Position numbers and translations under genes: made by a program. The notes under the pieces are model-generated. The model saw nothing but the letters and a program-made list of their open reading frames with translations, had not been told where the DNA came from and searched no databases. Positions 38,390 through 51,344 of a DNA stretch of 64,000 nt are shown here, piece after piece (the first letter of the stretch is position 1; the number at the start of each line of letters is the position of its first letter). The stretch is from Mobula hypostoma (lineage: Eukaryota), in contig NC_086097.1 of the NCBI RefSeq assembly GCF_963921235.1, positions 252,156,001 to 252,220,000 on the forward strand, written 5' to 3'.

Positions 38390-38905
38390 TGTTGTAGTGT
38401 GGATGAAATCACTGGAGAGACAGAGTCACTGGTAGATACAAAGCAGCTTCTTTATTCGACACAACAAGCAGGCATCATACAGACGGAGACGCTTTCCGTA
38501 GAAAGGTTTCCTAGCTCAATGTGGGCTCGATATTTATATGCTAAACACAAAGGAAATCGCTACTTAAAAAGTTATAGACAATGCTTCCTATTGAAGCTAC
38601 ATACAAAATATCACACCATCCTTTCCTTCCGACGCCAACATGTCTGGGTTGGTATCCATAGCCTTTAGGATTTATTTGGCATTTTACGTGCTAACATAGA
38701 AGACAATTAATAATGTATAGATAATACTGTCTTTGAAACTACAGCAACAGGTCAAACTACGGCACCAGAAGCATCTGGTATTCACACCTTTTTAGGAAAC
38801 ACATTGTTGTGGACTCAATCCACAGTACTTGGTCAAATAGAAGTCTGGTGTCCAAAGTCACTTAAGTGTAAACAAATCATCTACCCAAAAAAATTCACCC
38901 TAACA
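38390..38905 (-). mobile_element. 3' LTR of a retrovirus-like element
   Basis: On minus, polypurine tract GGTAAAGAAGAGGGAC is followed by TGTTAGGG at 38905, a TATA-like TATAAAT near 38535, AATAAA at 38456-38451, and the end ...ACTACAACA at 38390. Confidence 0.75.
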
Positions 38906-41900
38906 GTCCCTCTTCTTTACCCTCCTGGACAAAATTAAATTTGTATCAGGAAAGGCCAACCTAAGAGGATCTGCTCAAATAGGGCAGCCAAAAAAATGCC
39001 CTGTCTCGAAATTCCCCCCCAATCTTATGTACCTCTATCATTACCTAATCCCTACCTACCAAATGTTAAGCAGAGAGGCTGTCTCAAGTCTTTAGAAATG
39101 TGGCTCCTTTAATACTTTAAGTTGGTTACAAAGGTCTTTCACATATTGGGTCACTCTATCCCTGTAACCCCCAGGCTCCCCCCAACCCGTAACTACCCCA
39201 TAAGGGAGTCGCATTGCTCGCCCCATCAATAATTCCTACTGGCTGAGACCGAAAGTGCGGTTCGGGGTTGTGCGCAATCTCATCAAAATTCCTGGTAATA
39301 CATCCACCCATGTCTTTCCTGTCTCAGCTATAGCTTTGGCTAACGCATTCTTGATTGTTCGGTTCATCCTTTCTACCATTCCTGAACTCTGGGGGTGGTA
39401 GGGTACGTGGAACCGTTGTCGAATCCCTAGTAGTTGGCACATTTCCTTCATCACTTTCCCCGTGAAATGTGCTCCCTGATCTGAATCCACCTGGACTGGG
39501 GTTCTCCACCTTGGGAGGATTTCCTGAACTAGGATCCATGCAGCGGTGCAGTCCCTTGTTGGGAAAGCCTCTGCCCACCCGGTGAAGTGATCCATAATTA
39601 CTAGACAGTGGCTTTTCCCCCTGCTTTTTGGCAAGGGCTCTGTGAAGTCTACCTGGATGTTTTCCCAGGATCCCCTCGGCCGAGGCTGATTTGCCAGCTG
39701 TAGCTTTCTGCCCTTACCAGGGTTATGCTGGGCACAAATGATACAACGGCAGCAGAATTTCTCAACATCCCCACCCATCCCTGGCCACCACCAGTCCTGC
39801 CGGAAGGTTGTGATCATGCTCTGCCTTCCCTGATGCATCCCCCCATGATATAACTTTAGTCTAATACAGGGTGGGGCCACTGCGACTCTTTCCTCCCTCC
39901 TTTGCTCCTTCTCTCCTCCATTTTTCCTTCTCTTCTGCCTCTACCTCTTCATATAATTTTACTAAGCTGGCTTCTGTCATTTCCTCCTGCACACTTGCAA
40001 TTTCAATTGTCTCTGGTTCCCCTGTTGCCTTATTCGCAGTAATGTCTGCCCTCAGAGGATCTGGGAAAACTTTATGTTCTGGAGTGGCTGCAGTCTCTCT
40101 GAGTATCCCCTGGTGTTTTTGTTCCTTGGCTATACACTGAACAGTGGTCAGTGTGTCAGTTTGTACAGGGTTCTGCTTAGGGGGTTTATACAGACCCTCC
40201 CCTATTTTAACTGGATCTATCTCTACTCGACCACAATCTTGTTTGTGTGTAGCCCACACTGCTGGGAACTGCTGACATGGTAACCCATAAACCCCATCCT
40301 GGCTCCAGTCTCTGGCGATCGGGGCGGCTGTGACTATGCTAGCCAGGCTGTGTATTCTGCTGGTTGTATGCGTTCGCTGCCTCTGACTCGTCCATATTAT
40401 TTCTCCCTTTCCCGGATCTATAACAGATCCTGCTTCCCTTAGGAGGTCGATTCCAAGTATCGTGCCCTCATTATTTGGACATACCCAGAAATACACTGGA
40501 AGCTGCACTCCCCCGATTTCTAGTATTTGCTTCTCGCTTCTTTCAGCTTTCACTGTTTTCCCTCCTACACCCCGAATATAACTGGCCTGTCTAGTTGTTG
40601 GTAAGGGTAGGTCTGTTATCGATACCGATGCCCGTGTCCACTGACATATTGCATTGCCGTTCCCCTAACAATGCCGTTATGTGGAAACATAGAAAATAGG
40701 TGGAGTAGGCCATTCGGCCCTTCGAGCCTGCACCGCTATTCAGTATGATCATGGCTGATCATCCACCTCAGAACCCTGCCCCAGCCTTCCCTCCATACCC
40801 CCTGATCCCTTTAGCCACAAGGGCCATATCCAACTCCCTCTTAAATATAGCCAATGAACTGGCCTCAACAGTTTCCTGTGGCAGAGAATTCCACAGATTC
40901 TCCACTCTCTGTGTGAAGAAGTTTTTCCTAATCTCGGTCCTAAAAGGCTTCCCCTTTATCTCAAACTGTAACCCCTCGTTCTGGACTTCCCCAACATTGG
41001 GAACAATCTTCCTGCATCTAGCCTGTCCAATCTCTTTAGGATTTTATACGTTTCAATAAGATCCCCCCTCAATCTTCTAAATTCCAACGAATATAAGCCT
41101 AGTCTATCCAATCTTTCATCATATGAAAGTCCTGCCATCCCAGGAATCAATCTGGTGAACCTTCCTTGTACTCCCTCTATGGCAAGGATGTCTTTCCTCA
41201 GATTAGGGGACCAAAACTGCACACAATACTCCAGGTGTGGTCTCACCAAGGCCTTGTACAACTGCAGTAGTATCTCCCTGCTCCTGTACTCAAATCCTCT
41301 CGCTATGAATGCCAGCTTACCATTCGCCTTTTTCACCGCCTGCTGTACCTGCATGCCCACTTTCAATGACTGGTGTATAATGACACCCAGGTCTCGTTGC
41401 ACCTCCCCTTTTCCTAATCGGCCACCATTCAAATAATAATCTGTTTTCCTGTTTTTGCCACCAAAGTGGATAACTTCACATTTATCCACATTAAATTGCA
41501 TCTGCCATGAATTTGCCCACTCACCCAACCTATCCAAGTCACCCCACATCCGTGAGTCATCAGAGCTGGCAGTGGAGCCCACTGCCACATCCTTTTCTGC
41601 CTTAAGAGGCACTGTTACTAACTCTTTGATCTGATCGAGTCAGACTGGTTGCTGATGGGGTGAGTGACTGGGTGTCTGCTGTGAGCTTCGCCTGGGTTTT
41701 CCCCCTCCCTTTTGGACACTGTCTCCAGCCATGTCCTGATAGGCCATAGCTGTAGCATATCAACTCCTTCACTGTTTTATACTTGGTCCGGCAGTCCTTT
41801 GCTAAGTGCCCAGCTGCTGGCAAGCAAAACAAACTCTCCGGGACATCACAGCAGCTGCATCCACTATACCCACTTTATGATTTCTCTTGCACTTCCTTTT

Positions 41901-42090
41901 GTCTATTTCACTGGCCCACGAAACTATCGCAGAGTAGGTGGACCCTACTGTTATGCCTCAATCTAAAACGTCCTGGTGGGCTGAGCTCAGGCCTTTCTTC
42001 AGCATTTTTAGGAAGACTGGGTCATCCCTCCCTGGATTATCCAACCCTGAATACTCCACGTACACTCGGTATTTACATTACAAATGGGTC
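38906..42090 (-). mobile_element. Internally deleted ERV-like/LTR retroelement: gag end (two Zn knuckles), protease, RT stub, integrase
   Basis: CFACQQLG(H)LAKDC and CYSYGLSGHGWRQC; VDTG...ILGIDLL; WATHKQDCG; integrase HHCC with QVDF, DSDQG and YHPQSSGMVERMNRTIK. Most of RT/RNase H is deleted; no env or 5' LTR is seen. Confidence 0.88.
40685..41548 (-). mobile_element. Young CR1 LINE nested in the LTR element at the gag-protease junction
   Basis: ORF 40956-41612 has WQMQFNVDKC...LVRPHLEYCVQFWSP; LTR-element sequence lies on both sides. Confidence 0.92.
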
Positions 42091-43095
42091 TTAGACCAAA
42101 AGTAAAACAAAAAGGCTTGTTATAATTCGATATTATTACGTTACTTTGTTATAATTTGATATTAAGCAGCTAAGTAAACAATGGTAGGCATTTGTATGTT
42201 AAGGGTAAACATATTTGTTTAGCATAATGCCCCAGTAAAATAAAACAGTTGATATACTATTAAAATAAAAGGGGAGGAGTGAACCATATAGCCTACATTA
42301 TAATAAGGGACTACTTTATGTTTTAGTAACACTTCGTTGCATGCACTATTAGGCACGTATTGATCTGCACGTGTGTGTTGAGTTCGGTTTCTGCCAGTAA
42401 AGAACCATGAACCATAGCTCCCGTCTCCAGCATTTTTATTAATAGCATTGTTGTGTAACCAGGCCACATACACAACATAATCAATATACATAATTGATTT
42501 ACTTGTTTATTTATTATTGTTTTATTTTATTTATTATTATTATTTTCTCTCTCTGCTAAATTATGTATCGCATTGAACTGCTGCTGCTAAGTTAACACGT
42601 CACATGCCGGTGATAACAAACCGGATTCTGATTCTTGTTAGCCACGGTTGTGTCATCTTTCTTGTAGAATTGAACAGCGGCACAGACGCAGATTGATTAT
42701 ATTTTCCTTGTATTTACTATCAACACCCGCAAGAAAATAAATCTCAGGGCAGCATATGGTGATATATATTTACTTTGATAATAAGTTTAATTTGAATTTC
42801 AAACTTTAGATTTAATAGTTGTGGAACATGAGGGATGACCAACATGCACAAACTGCTTATACTCCTCCCCCTTCCTTTTCCAGTCCCGATGAAGGGTCTC
42901 ACCCAGAAATACATTTCCATTGATGCTGCCTGACCTGCTAAATTCCGCCAGTATTTTGTGCAACACACACAAAATGCTGGAGCAACTCAGCAGGCCAGAC
43001 AGCATCTATGGAAAAGAGTACTGTCGATGATTGGGCCAAAACCCTTCCTCAGGACTAGAGAAAAAAAGATGACTGACTCCTGATCTTCTTTTCTC

Positions 43096-43133
43096 CAGTC
43101 CTGATGAAGGGTTTCAGCCCGAAACGTCGACTG
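43096..43133 (+). ncRNA. Minimal type-I hammerhead ribozyme motif, intact core
   Basis: CAGTC CTGATGA A GGGT-TTCA-GCCC GAAAC GTC GACTG, with a perfect 5-bp stem I. Predicted cleavage is after 43128. Confidence 0.78.
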
Positions 43134-43407
43134 TTTTCTCTTTTCCATAGATGCTGCCTGGCCTGCTGAGTTCCTCCAGCATTTTGTGTGTCTTGCTTGG
43201 ATTTCCAACATCTGCAGATTTCCTCCTGTTTGTGTCCAGTATTTTGCGTGTGTTATTCTGGATTTTCAGCATCTGCAAAATCTCTTGTGCTTATGAGGAA
43301 TAAGCAGCGAGTTACAATATTGATAATTAGAGACAAAGGTGAAAAGAAATCTCCTGCATATGGTATCTCACAGAGAAAGAGTGTTATTTACGACTGAGTA
43401 CACTCAC

Positions 43408-43536
43408 CTTGTTCACAGAACTCTCCGTGGTAGCCCAGCAGACAGGTACAGACACCGTGAACCGCATCACAAGTCCCATTATTTCTGCAGCGACATTCCT
43501 GCCTACAGCCATCCCCATAGAAGCCAAGGTGACACA
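43408..43536 (-). CDS. NAGPA: NAGPA additional EGF-like exon, 129 nt, phase 1-1
   Basis: gaacag|TG gives (V)CHLGFYGDGCRQECRCRNNGTCDAVHGVCTCLLGYHGEFCEQ, then G|gtgagt. This frame is not shown in the ORF track. Confidence 0.88.
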
Positions 43537-44424
43537 CTGTTCACGAGAAATGAGAAAAGGTGTTGATATCTTTGTCAATGATGAGGCATGATAATGTAAC
43601 GATTAGCCCAATCTTTTACAGCACTAACAAACAAGATTCCATTCCCCCATTCTTAGTAATGAGATTGTACATTCTCCCTGTGACCATGTGGGTTTCCTCC
43701 AGGTATTCCAGTTCATTCCCCCACCTTCCCATATTCCAAAGACACAGGGGTTGGGGGTTAGGGTGAGTAAGTGTGGGAACGCCCCGTTGCTGCCAGAAGC
43801 ACAACAACACTTGCAGGCACAAGTTTTGACTGTTGTTTGTTGACAGAAATGACACATGTCACTATATGTTTTTTAATGTTTCCATGTCGTCATCATCAAT
43901 ATGTGATGTGTTGTATGACCCTCTGAGTGAAGAGGTTTCCCCTCATATTTCCCTCAAACTTTCACCTTTTACCCTTAACCAAAGACCTCTCGTTGTGGTC
44001 CCACCCAACGTCAGTGGAAAAAGCCTGCTTGCATTTACCCTAAATATGCCTGTCATAATTTTGTATACCGCTTCCCTCAATCTTCTATGTTCTAAGGAAT
44101 AAAGTCCTAACCTATTCAATCTTTCCTTATAACTCAGGTCCTCTGGACCCAGCAACATCCTTGTAAATTTTCTCTGTACTCTTTCAACCTTATTTACATC
44201 TTTCCTGTAGGTGTCCTAAACTGCACACAATACTCCAAATTAGGCTTCACCAATGTCTTATACAACTTCAACCTAGCATCCCATCTCCTGTACTCAGTAC
44301 TTTGATTTATGAAGGTGATGTGCCAAAAGCTTTATGACCCTATCTACATGTGACACCACTTCCAATGGATTATGGATCTGTATATCCAGATCCCTCTGTT
44401 TTATCACACTCCTCAGTACACTAC

Positions 44425-47400
44425 TGTTCAGTGCCTGGTGGCCGGGTTCGGGACATCTTATCTGACCTGCAGAGGAATTTGTCGTGGGAGGGGAAAGATC
44501 CAATTGTCGTGATCCATGTGGGTATCAACGGCACAGGTAGTACGAGGAAAGAGGTTCTGCTGAGGAAGTTTGAGCAGTTAGGGACTAAATTAAAAAGCAG
44601 AACCAAAAGGGTAGCTATCTCTGGACTACTACCTGAGCCACGTACAAATTGGCACAGAGTCATGAAGATTAGAGAGTCAAATGCGTGCCTCGAGGATTGG
44701 TGTAGAAGTGGGTTTTAGTTCATGGGAAATTGGCATCGGTATTGAGGAAGGAGGGAGCTGTACCAATGGAACGGGCTCCACCTGAACCGTGATGGGACCT
44801 GGATCCAAGCGAATTGCACAACTAGGGTTGCGGATAGGGCTTTAAACTAAATAGTGGGGGGGGGGGTTCAACATATTGGAGAAGTATGGATAAAGTAAAA
44901 ATGTAGTGCGGATAAAGATAAAGCAAAAGATAAAAAAGAGAAAAAAGGAAAAAGAGAAAGAAAAGCAAGAGTGGAGTGAAGAAGAATCAAGAGCAAAAGA
45001 GTAAAAGATTACAAGATTTTAAAAGCACAATGAGGGTAAGGGTACTTTATTTGAATGCCTGTAGTATTCGCAACAAGGTCAGTGAACTTGTGGCTCAAAT
45101 CAGTAGAAGGAGGTAGGATTTAGTGGCCATTACAGAGGCGTGGTTGCAGGGTGGAGGGGATTGGGAATTAAATGTCCAAGGGTATAAGGTAATATGGAAG
45201 GACAGGCAGGAAGGTAAGGGAAGTGGGGTAGCGCTCTTAATTAGGATGAGATCAGGGCGATAGTGAGAGATGATACAAGATCTAAGCAGCAGAACGCTGA
45301 ATCCATCTGGGTCGAGATTAGGAATAGTAAAGGGAAAAAATCACTGGTGGGAGTTGTCTATCGGCCACCAAATAATAACATTACAGTGGCGCAGGCGATA
45401 AATGGAGAAAAATCTGATGTAAGAATGGAACAGCAGTTATCATGGGGGACTTTAACTTGCACACAGATTGGGTGAATCAAGTTGGTCGAGGCAGTCTTGA
45501 GGAGGACTTCATAGAATGCATCCGTGATGGCTTCCTTGAACAGCATGTTACTGATCCTACAAGGGAACGTGCTGTCTTAGATCTGGTCCTGTGCAATTAG
45601 ACAGGTATAATTAGTGATCTTATAGTTGGGGATCCTCTTGGAAAGATTGATCACAGTATGATTGAATTTCTCATACAAATGGAGGGTGCAATAGTCTATC
45701 TAGTAGGTAGCCGTTGATCCCAGGGGATCATGGGTTTGTGCCTCTGGTGGACTGTCTCTTCTCTAGGGTGTGAGCTTGGGGGGATGATTTGAAGAACTGG
45801 CTGTTGCCCAAGCAGTGGGTTTCCCCTCTCCACGTCACTGATGTAGTCGAAGGGAAGAGCAAGGGCTGATACAGCTTGGCACCAGTATTGTCACAGAGGT
45901 TGCCAGAGTGACGTTGTAAAGAACATCAAACTGCCATAGGGAGCCTGGCTCCTGACTTCTTCCTCGGGGTTTACTCCCGAAGCCTTTCCCATGGGTGGGT
46001 ATGGCCACAAGGCAGCGGAGGTTTAAAATCAGAGTTTTTCTTCTAAAACCTGTATTATACCTAAAAAATAGAGACTACAATGTGATGAGGGAGTATTTGG
46101 CTGGCGTGGACTGGGAACACAGACTATATGGTGGGACAGTTGAGGAACCGTGGGAGACTTTCAAAGAGATTTTTCACGGTGCTCAACAAAAGTATATTCA
46201 TGTTAAAAGCAAGGACAGTAAGGGTGGGGGGAAGCCAGACTTGGATCCCTAAGGAAATAAAAGACAGCATCAAACTAAAAGCTTGTGCATACAAAGTAAT
46301 CAAGAGTAGTGGGATGGGAAACAGGAAGATTGGGAAAACTTTAACAAGCAGCAAAGTACCACTAAGCCAATGATAAAGAAAGGGAAGCTAGATTACTGTA
46401 CTTCTTCCTATAGATGCTGCCTGGCCTGCTGCATTCACCAGCATTTTGTGTGTGTTGTTATGAAAATAAACTAGCACAAAATATAAAAATGGATAGTAAA
46501 AGTTTGTATAATTATATAAAGTGGAAAAGGGTGGCTAAAGTGAATGTAGGTCCAGGGGAGAAAAGAGAAGGGGGAATTGATATTGGATAATGAGAAAATG
46601 GCCGAGGCTTTGAATAACTACTTTGTGTCGGTCTTCACGTGGAGGACACATCTAACATGCCAAAGAGAGATGTTAAGGGTGCGATGGGAGGTGAGAACCG
46701 CAATACAATGCTATCACTAAACAGGTAGTGCTGAGCAAACTTGTAGTCCTGAAGATAGACAAATCCCCTGGTCCTTATCGAAAGCATCCCATGGGACTGA
46801 AAAAAATGGCAGAAGTTATAATAGATGCTCTGGTGATGATTTACCAAAATTCTCTGGACTCTGGGCAGGTCCTGGTGGACTGGAAGACGGCGAATGTCAC
46901 ACCACTATTCAATAAAGTACGTAGGCAAAAGGCAGATAACTACAGGCCAAGTAGATTAACATGTGTAGTTGGGAAAATGCTATCATTAAAAAAGAAATAG
47001 CGAGGCATCTGGAAAGAAATGGATCCATCAGGCAGATGCAGCATGGATTCAGTAAAATTGCAGCATACTGTTGTGCAGAGGGACTTGGGGGTGCTTCTGC
47101 ATGAATCACAAAGGGTTGGTTTGCAGGTGCAGCAGGCTATCAAGAAGGCAAATGGGATGTTGGCCTTCATTGCTAGAGGGATTGAATTTAAGAGCAGGGA
47201 GGTTATGCTGCGACTGCACATGGTACTGGTGAGGCCACACCTGGAGTACTGTGTGCAGTTCTGGTCTCCTTACTTGAGGAAGGATATACTGGCTTTGGAG
47301 GCAGTGCAGAGGAGGTTCACCGGGTTGATTCCAGAGATGAGGGGGTTTAGACTAAGAGGAGAGATTCAGTCACCTGGGACCATACCTGCTGAAATTCAGA

Positions 47401-47770
47401 AGAATGAGAGGAGATCTTACAGAAATGTATAAAATTATGAAAAGGATAGATAAGATAGAGGCAGGAAGGTTGTTTCCACCGGTAGGTGAGACTCATGGGA
47501 GTAGATTTAGGACGAAGATGATGAGGAACTGCTTTTCCCAGAGTGGTGAATCTGTGGAATTCTTTGCCCAATGAAGCAGTGAAGTCTACCTCAGTAAATA
47601 TATCTAAGACAAGGTTGGATAGATTTTTGCATAGTAGGGGAATTAAGGGTTATGGGGAAAAGGCAGGTAGGTGGAGATGAATCCATGGCCAGATCAGCCA
47701 TGATCTTATTGAATGTGGAGCAGGCTCGATGGGCCAGATGGCTGACTCCTGCTCCTATTTCTTATGTTAT
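44425..47770 (+). mobile_element. Long degraded CR1 LINE: ORF1 SGNH-esterase, endonuclease, RT pieces and 3' end
   Basis: VPGGRVRD...VVIHVGIN (esterase); ESIWVEIRN...GVVYRPP; DKSPGP; LVRPHLEYCVQFWSP. Carries insertions at about 45700-46035 and 46395-46458. Confidence 0.88.
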
Positions 47771-48217
47771 TATACCATCTCAGAGTACATAGAAACATAG
47801 AAAATAGGTGCAGGAGTTGGCCATTTGGCCCTTCGAGCCTGCACCGCCATTCAGTATGATCAGTTCTGCAAAGCTGCCAACAGAGTTTGAAAAACATATG
47901 AAACTGAAATCTGAAATTATTTTTCTCCGAATTCATCTAAGTCAGCTTTTAAATTAAGCCACCCACTGAAAAAGGATTTGAAAGAAAATTTGCAGGCCAC
48001 CTATAAGGAAAGAAATGAAGACAGAACAGAGAACAGTTCTGGCCTTTTAGCCCATGATGTTACTCTGACCTTTTACCCAACTCTAAGATCAACCTAACCT
48101 TCATAACCCTCCATTTTTCTACCATCTGTGTACCTAAGAGTTTTTTAGATATCCCTAATTTATATGCTTTTTCTGCAACCCATGACAAAATGTTCCACAA
48201 ACTCACCAATCTCTATA

Positions 48218-49710
48218 TAGAACATAGAATAGTACAGCACAGTACAGTACAGGCCCTTCCGCCCACAATGTTGTGCCAACCCTCAAACCCTGCCTCCCAT
48301 ATAACCCCCCCCCACCTTAAATTCCTCCATAGACCTGTCCAGCAGTCTCTTAAACTTCACTAGTGTATCTGCCTCCACCACTGACTCAGGCAGTGCATTC
48401 CACGCACCAACCACTCTCCGAGTAAAAAACCTTCCTCTAATATCCCCCTTGAACTTCCCACCCCTTACCTTAAAGCCATGTCCTCTTGTGGTGCCCTGGG
48501 GAAGAGGTGCTGGCTATCCACTCTATCTATTCCTCTCATTATCTTGTACACCTCTATCATGTCTCCTCTCATCCTCCTTCTCTCCAAAGAGTAAAGCCCT
48601 AGCTCCCTTAATCTCTGATCATAATGCATACTCTCTAAACCAGGCAGCATCCCGGTAGATCTCCTCTGTACCCTTTCCAATGCTTCCACATCCTTCCTAT
48701 AGTGAGGCGACCAGAACTGGACACAGTACTCCAAGTGTGGCCTAACCAGAGTTTTATAGAGCTGCATCATTACATCGCGACTCTTAAACTCTATCCCTCG
48801 ACTTATGAAAGCTAACACCCCATAAGCTTTCTTAACTACCCTATCCACCTGTGAGGCAACTTTCAGGGATCTGTGGACATGTACCCTGAGATCCCTCTGA
48901 TCCTCCACACTACCAAGTATCCTACCATTTACTTTGTACTCTGCCTTGGAGTGTGTCCTTCCAAAGTGTACCACCTCACACTTCTCTGGGTTGAACTCCA
49001 TCTGCCACTTCTCAGCCCACTTCTGCATCCTATCAATGTCTCTCTGCAATCTTTGACAATCCTCTACACTATCTACAACACCACCAACCTTTGTGTCGTC
49101 TGCAAACTTGCCAACCCACCCTTCTACCCCAACACCTAGATCGTTAATAAAAATCACGAAAAGTAGAGGTCCCAGAACAGATCCTTGTGGGACACCACTA
49201 GTCACAATCCTCCAATCTGAATGTACTCCCTCTGCCTTCTGCAGGCAAGCCAATTCTGAATCCACCTGGCCAAACCTCCTTGGATCCCATGCCTTCTAAC
49301 TTTCTGAATAAGCCTACCGTGTGGAACCTTGTCAAATGCCTTAGCAAAATCCATATAGATCACATCCACTGCACTACCCTCATCTATATGCCTGGTCACC
49401 TCCTCAAAGAACTCTATCAGGCTTGTTAGACACGATCTGCCCTTCACAAAGCCATGCTGACTGTCCCTGATCAGACCATGATTCTCTAAATGCCCATAGA
49501 TCCTATCTCTAAGAATCTTTTCCAACAGCTTTCCCACCACAGACGTAAGGCTCACTGGTCTACAATTACCCGGACTATCTCTACTACCTTTTTTGAACAA
49601 GGGGACAACATTCGCCTCCCTCCAATCCTCCGGTACCATTCCTGTGGACAACAAGGACATAAAGATCCTAGCCAGAGGCTCAGCAATCTCTTCCCTCGCC
49701 TCGTGGAGCA
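48218..49710 (-). mobile_element. Young CR1 LINE RT region
   Basis: ORFs 49202-49753 and 48465-49265 (GVPQGSVLGPLLF, KFADDTK); near-identical to 51969-52810. Confidence 0.93.
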
Positions 49711-50051
49711 GCGATATAAAAAACTTAGCTCTGATATCCCGCCATACTTTCATCGAATCACCTTAATCCCTCATATTATCCATTTCTGTCCGGAGGAAAA
49801 GTCTCTGACTGCCCAATCTACCTGTGCCTCTTATCATTCTGTACAACTCAATCATCATCCTTCACTCCAAAGACAAAAGTCCTAGCTCAATCAACCTTTC
49901 CTCAATAGACATGCTCTCTAATCAAGGTAGCACCCTGGTAAATCTATAACGAGGCGACCAGAACAGAACGCAATACGCCAAGTGACATCTAAGAGCTGCA
50001 ACGTTACCTTGAGACCTCTGAAGTTGAAGACAAAGGAAATGAGTGACTTAC

Positions 50052-50099
50052 CATCTGTGCAGTTGGGTCCCGTCCATCCAGCATCACAGAGACAACCAC
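50052..50099 (-). CDS. NAGPA: NAGPA 48-nt micro-exon
   Basis: cttgcag|GT gives (G)GCLCDAGWTGPNCTD, then G|gtaagt; human has TGCRCDAGWTGSNCSE. Confidence 0.92.
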
Positions 50100-51344
50100 C
50101 TGCAAGATAAACAGCTAGATTAATTAGTGTCAGGCCAAAGTAAAACCGCTTAACACCTCAAATCAAAATCGCAATGGCATAATGCTTCAATCCATTACAC
50201 AAGGGATTCTGCAGATGCTGGAAATCCAGAGCAACACACACAAAATTCTGGAGGAACTCAGCAGGTCAGGCAGTATCTATGGATGCTGTCGACGTTTTTG
50301 GCCGAGACCCTTTATCAGAGCTGGAAAGGAAGTGGGAAGTATGCATCATGTATTTTGTTCATATTTAGTTAAGTATGGAAAACGCATGATCTAAAATTGA
50401 TCAATAGAAATGATGTTCAACCCATAAAAGTGAGAAATGATGTATTTTGAAAGGTCCAATTTGAAAGCAAAAGACATAATTAATGGCAGGATTCTTGGCA
50501 GTGTGGAGGAATAGAGGGATCTGGGAAGGATGTGGAAGCTTTAGAGGGTGCAGAGGAGATCTACCAGAATGCTGTCTGGATTAGACAGCATGCCTTAACA
50601 GGAAAGGTTGAGTGAGCTAGGGCTTTTCTCTTTGGAGCGAAGGACGAGAGGTGACTTGATAGAGATGTACAAGATGATAACGAGACAGAGATAGCATAAG
50701 GAGCAAAATTTAAAAAATCAATTGACAAGCTTTTTCCAATGTAACTGAGGGATCAAAGAAAAAAAAGGGAAAATGCAGATTCATTTTAATTCCTTTGAAT
50801 ACAAATACAGAATGGGGAGATCACAATTGATCTTGAATTAGTTAAACTGACTTATCAAATGTTGGTGATCTCTGGACTGATTTTTTGTGGAAATTGAATG
50901 AGGAAAAATGCAAAGTTGTTTTCAGACACAGAGAGCCACTGAATTTAAGAAGTGACATTCTGTCATTAATGTTCCCATCGTGTAGTTGTTTGTCACAACC
51001 TTTGTGTGAAATACAATCCCTCAATGGTGCTCTGGTTACGTAGACCATAGAACACAACAGCACAGTACAGGCACTTCAGTGCACAATGTTGTGCCAATCT
51101 TTAAAGGTACTCTGAGATAATCTGACCCTTCCCTTTCACATAACCCTCCATTTTCCTATCATCCATATGCCTATCTGTGTGCCCCGGCAGTGCATTCCAC
51201 ACATCCACCACTGTGTCAAGAACTTATCTCTGACATCCCTCCTATACTTTCCTCCAATCACCTTAAAATTAGGTTCCTTAATATTTGCCATTTCCGCCCT
51301 GGGAAAGTGTCTGCCTTTCCACTCAATCTCTGCCTCTTAGCACC

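Noticed and set aside
41590..41625. Programmed gag-pro frameshift site
   Set aside because: Frames overlap, but no clear slippery heptamer is present and the element has other random frameshifts.
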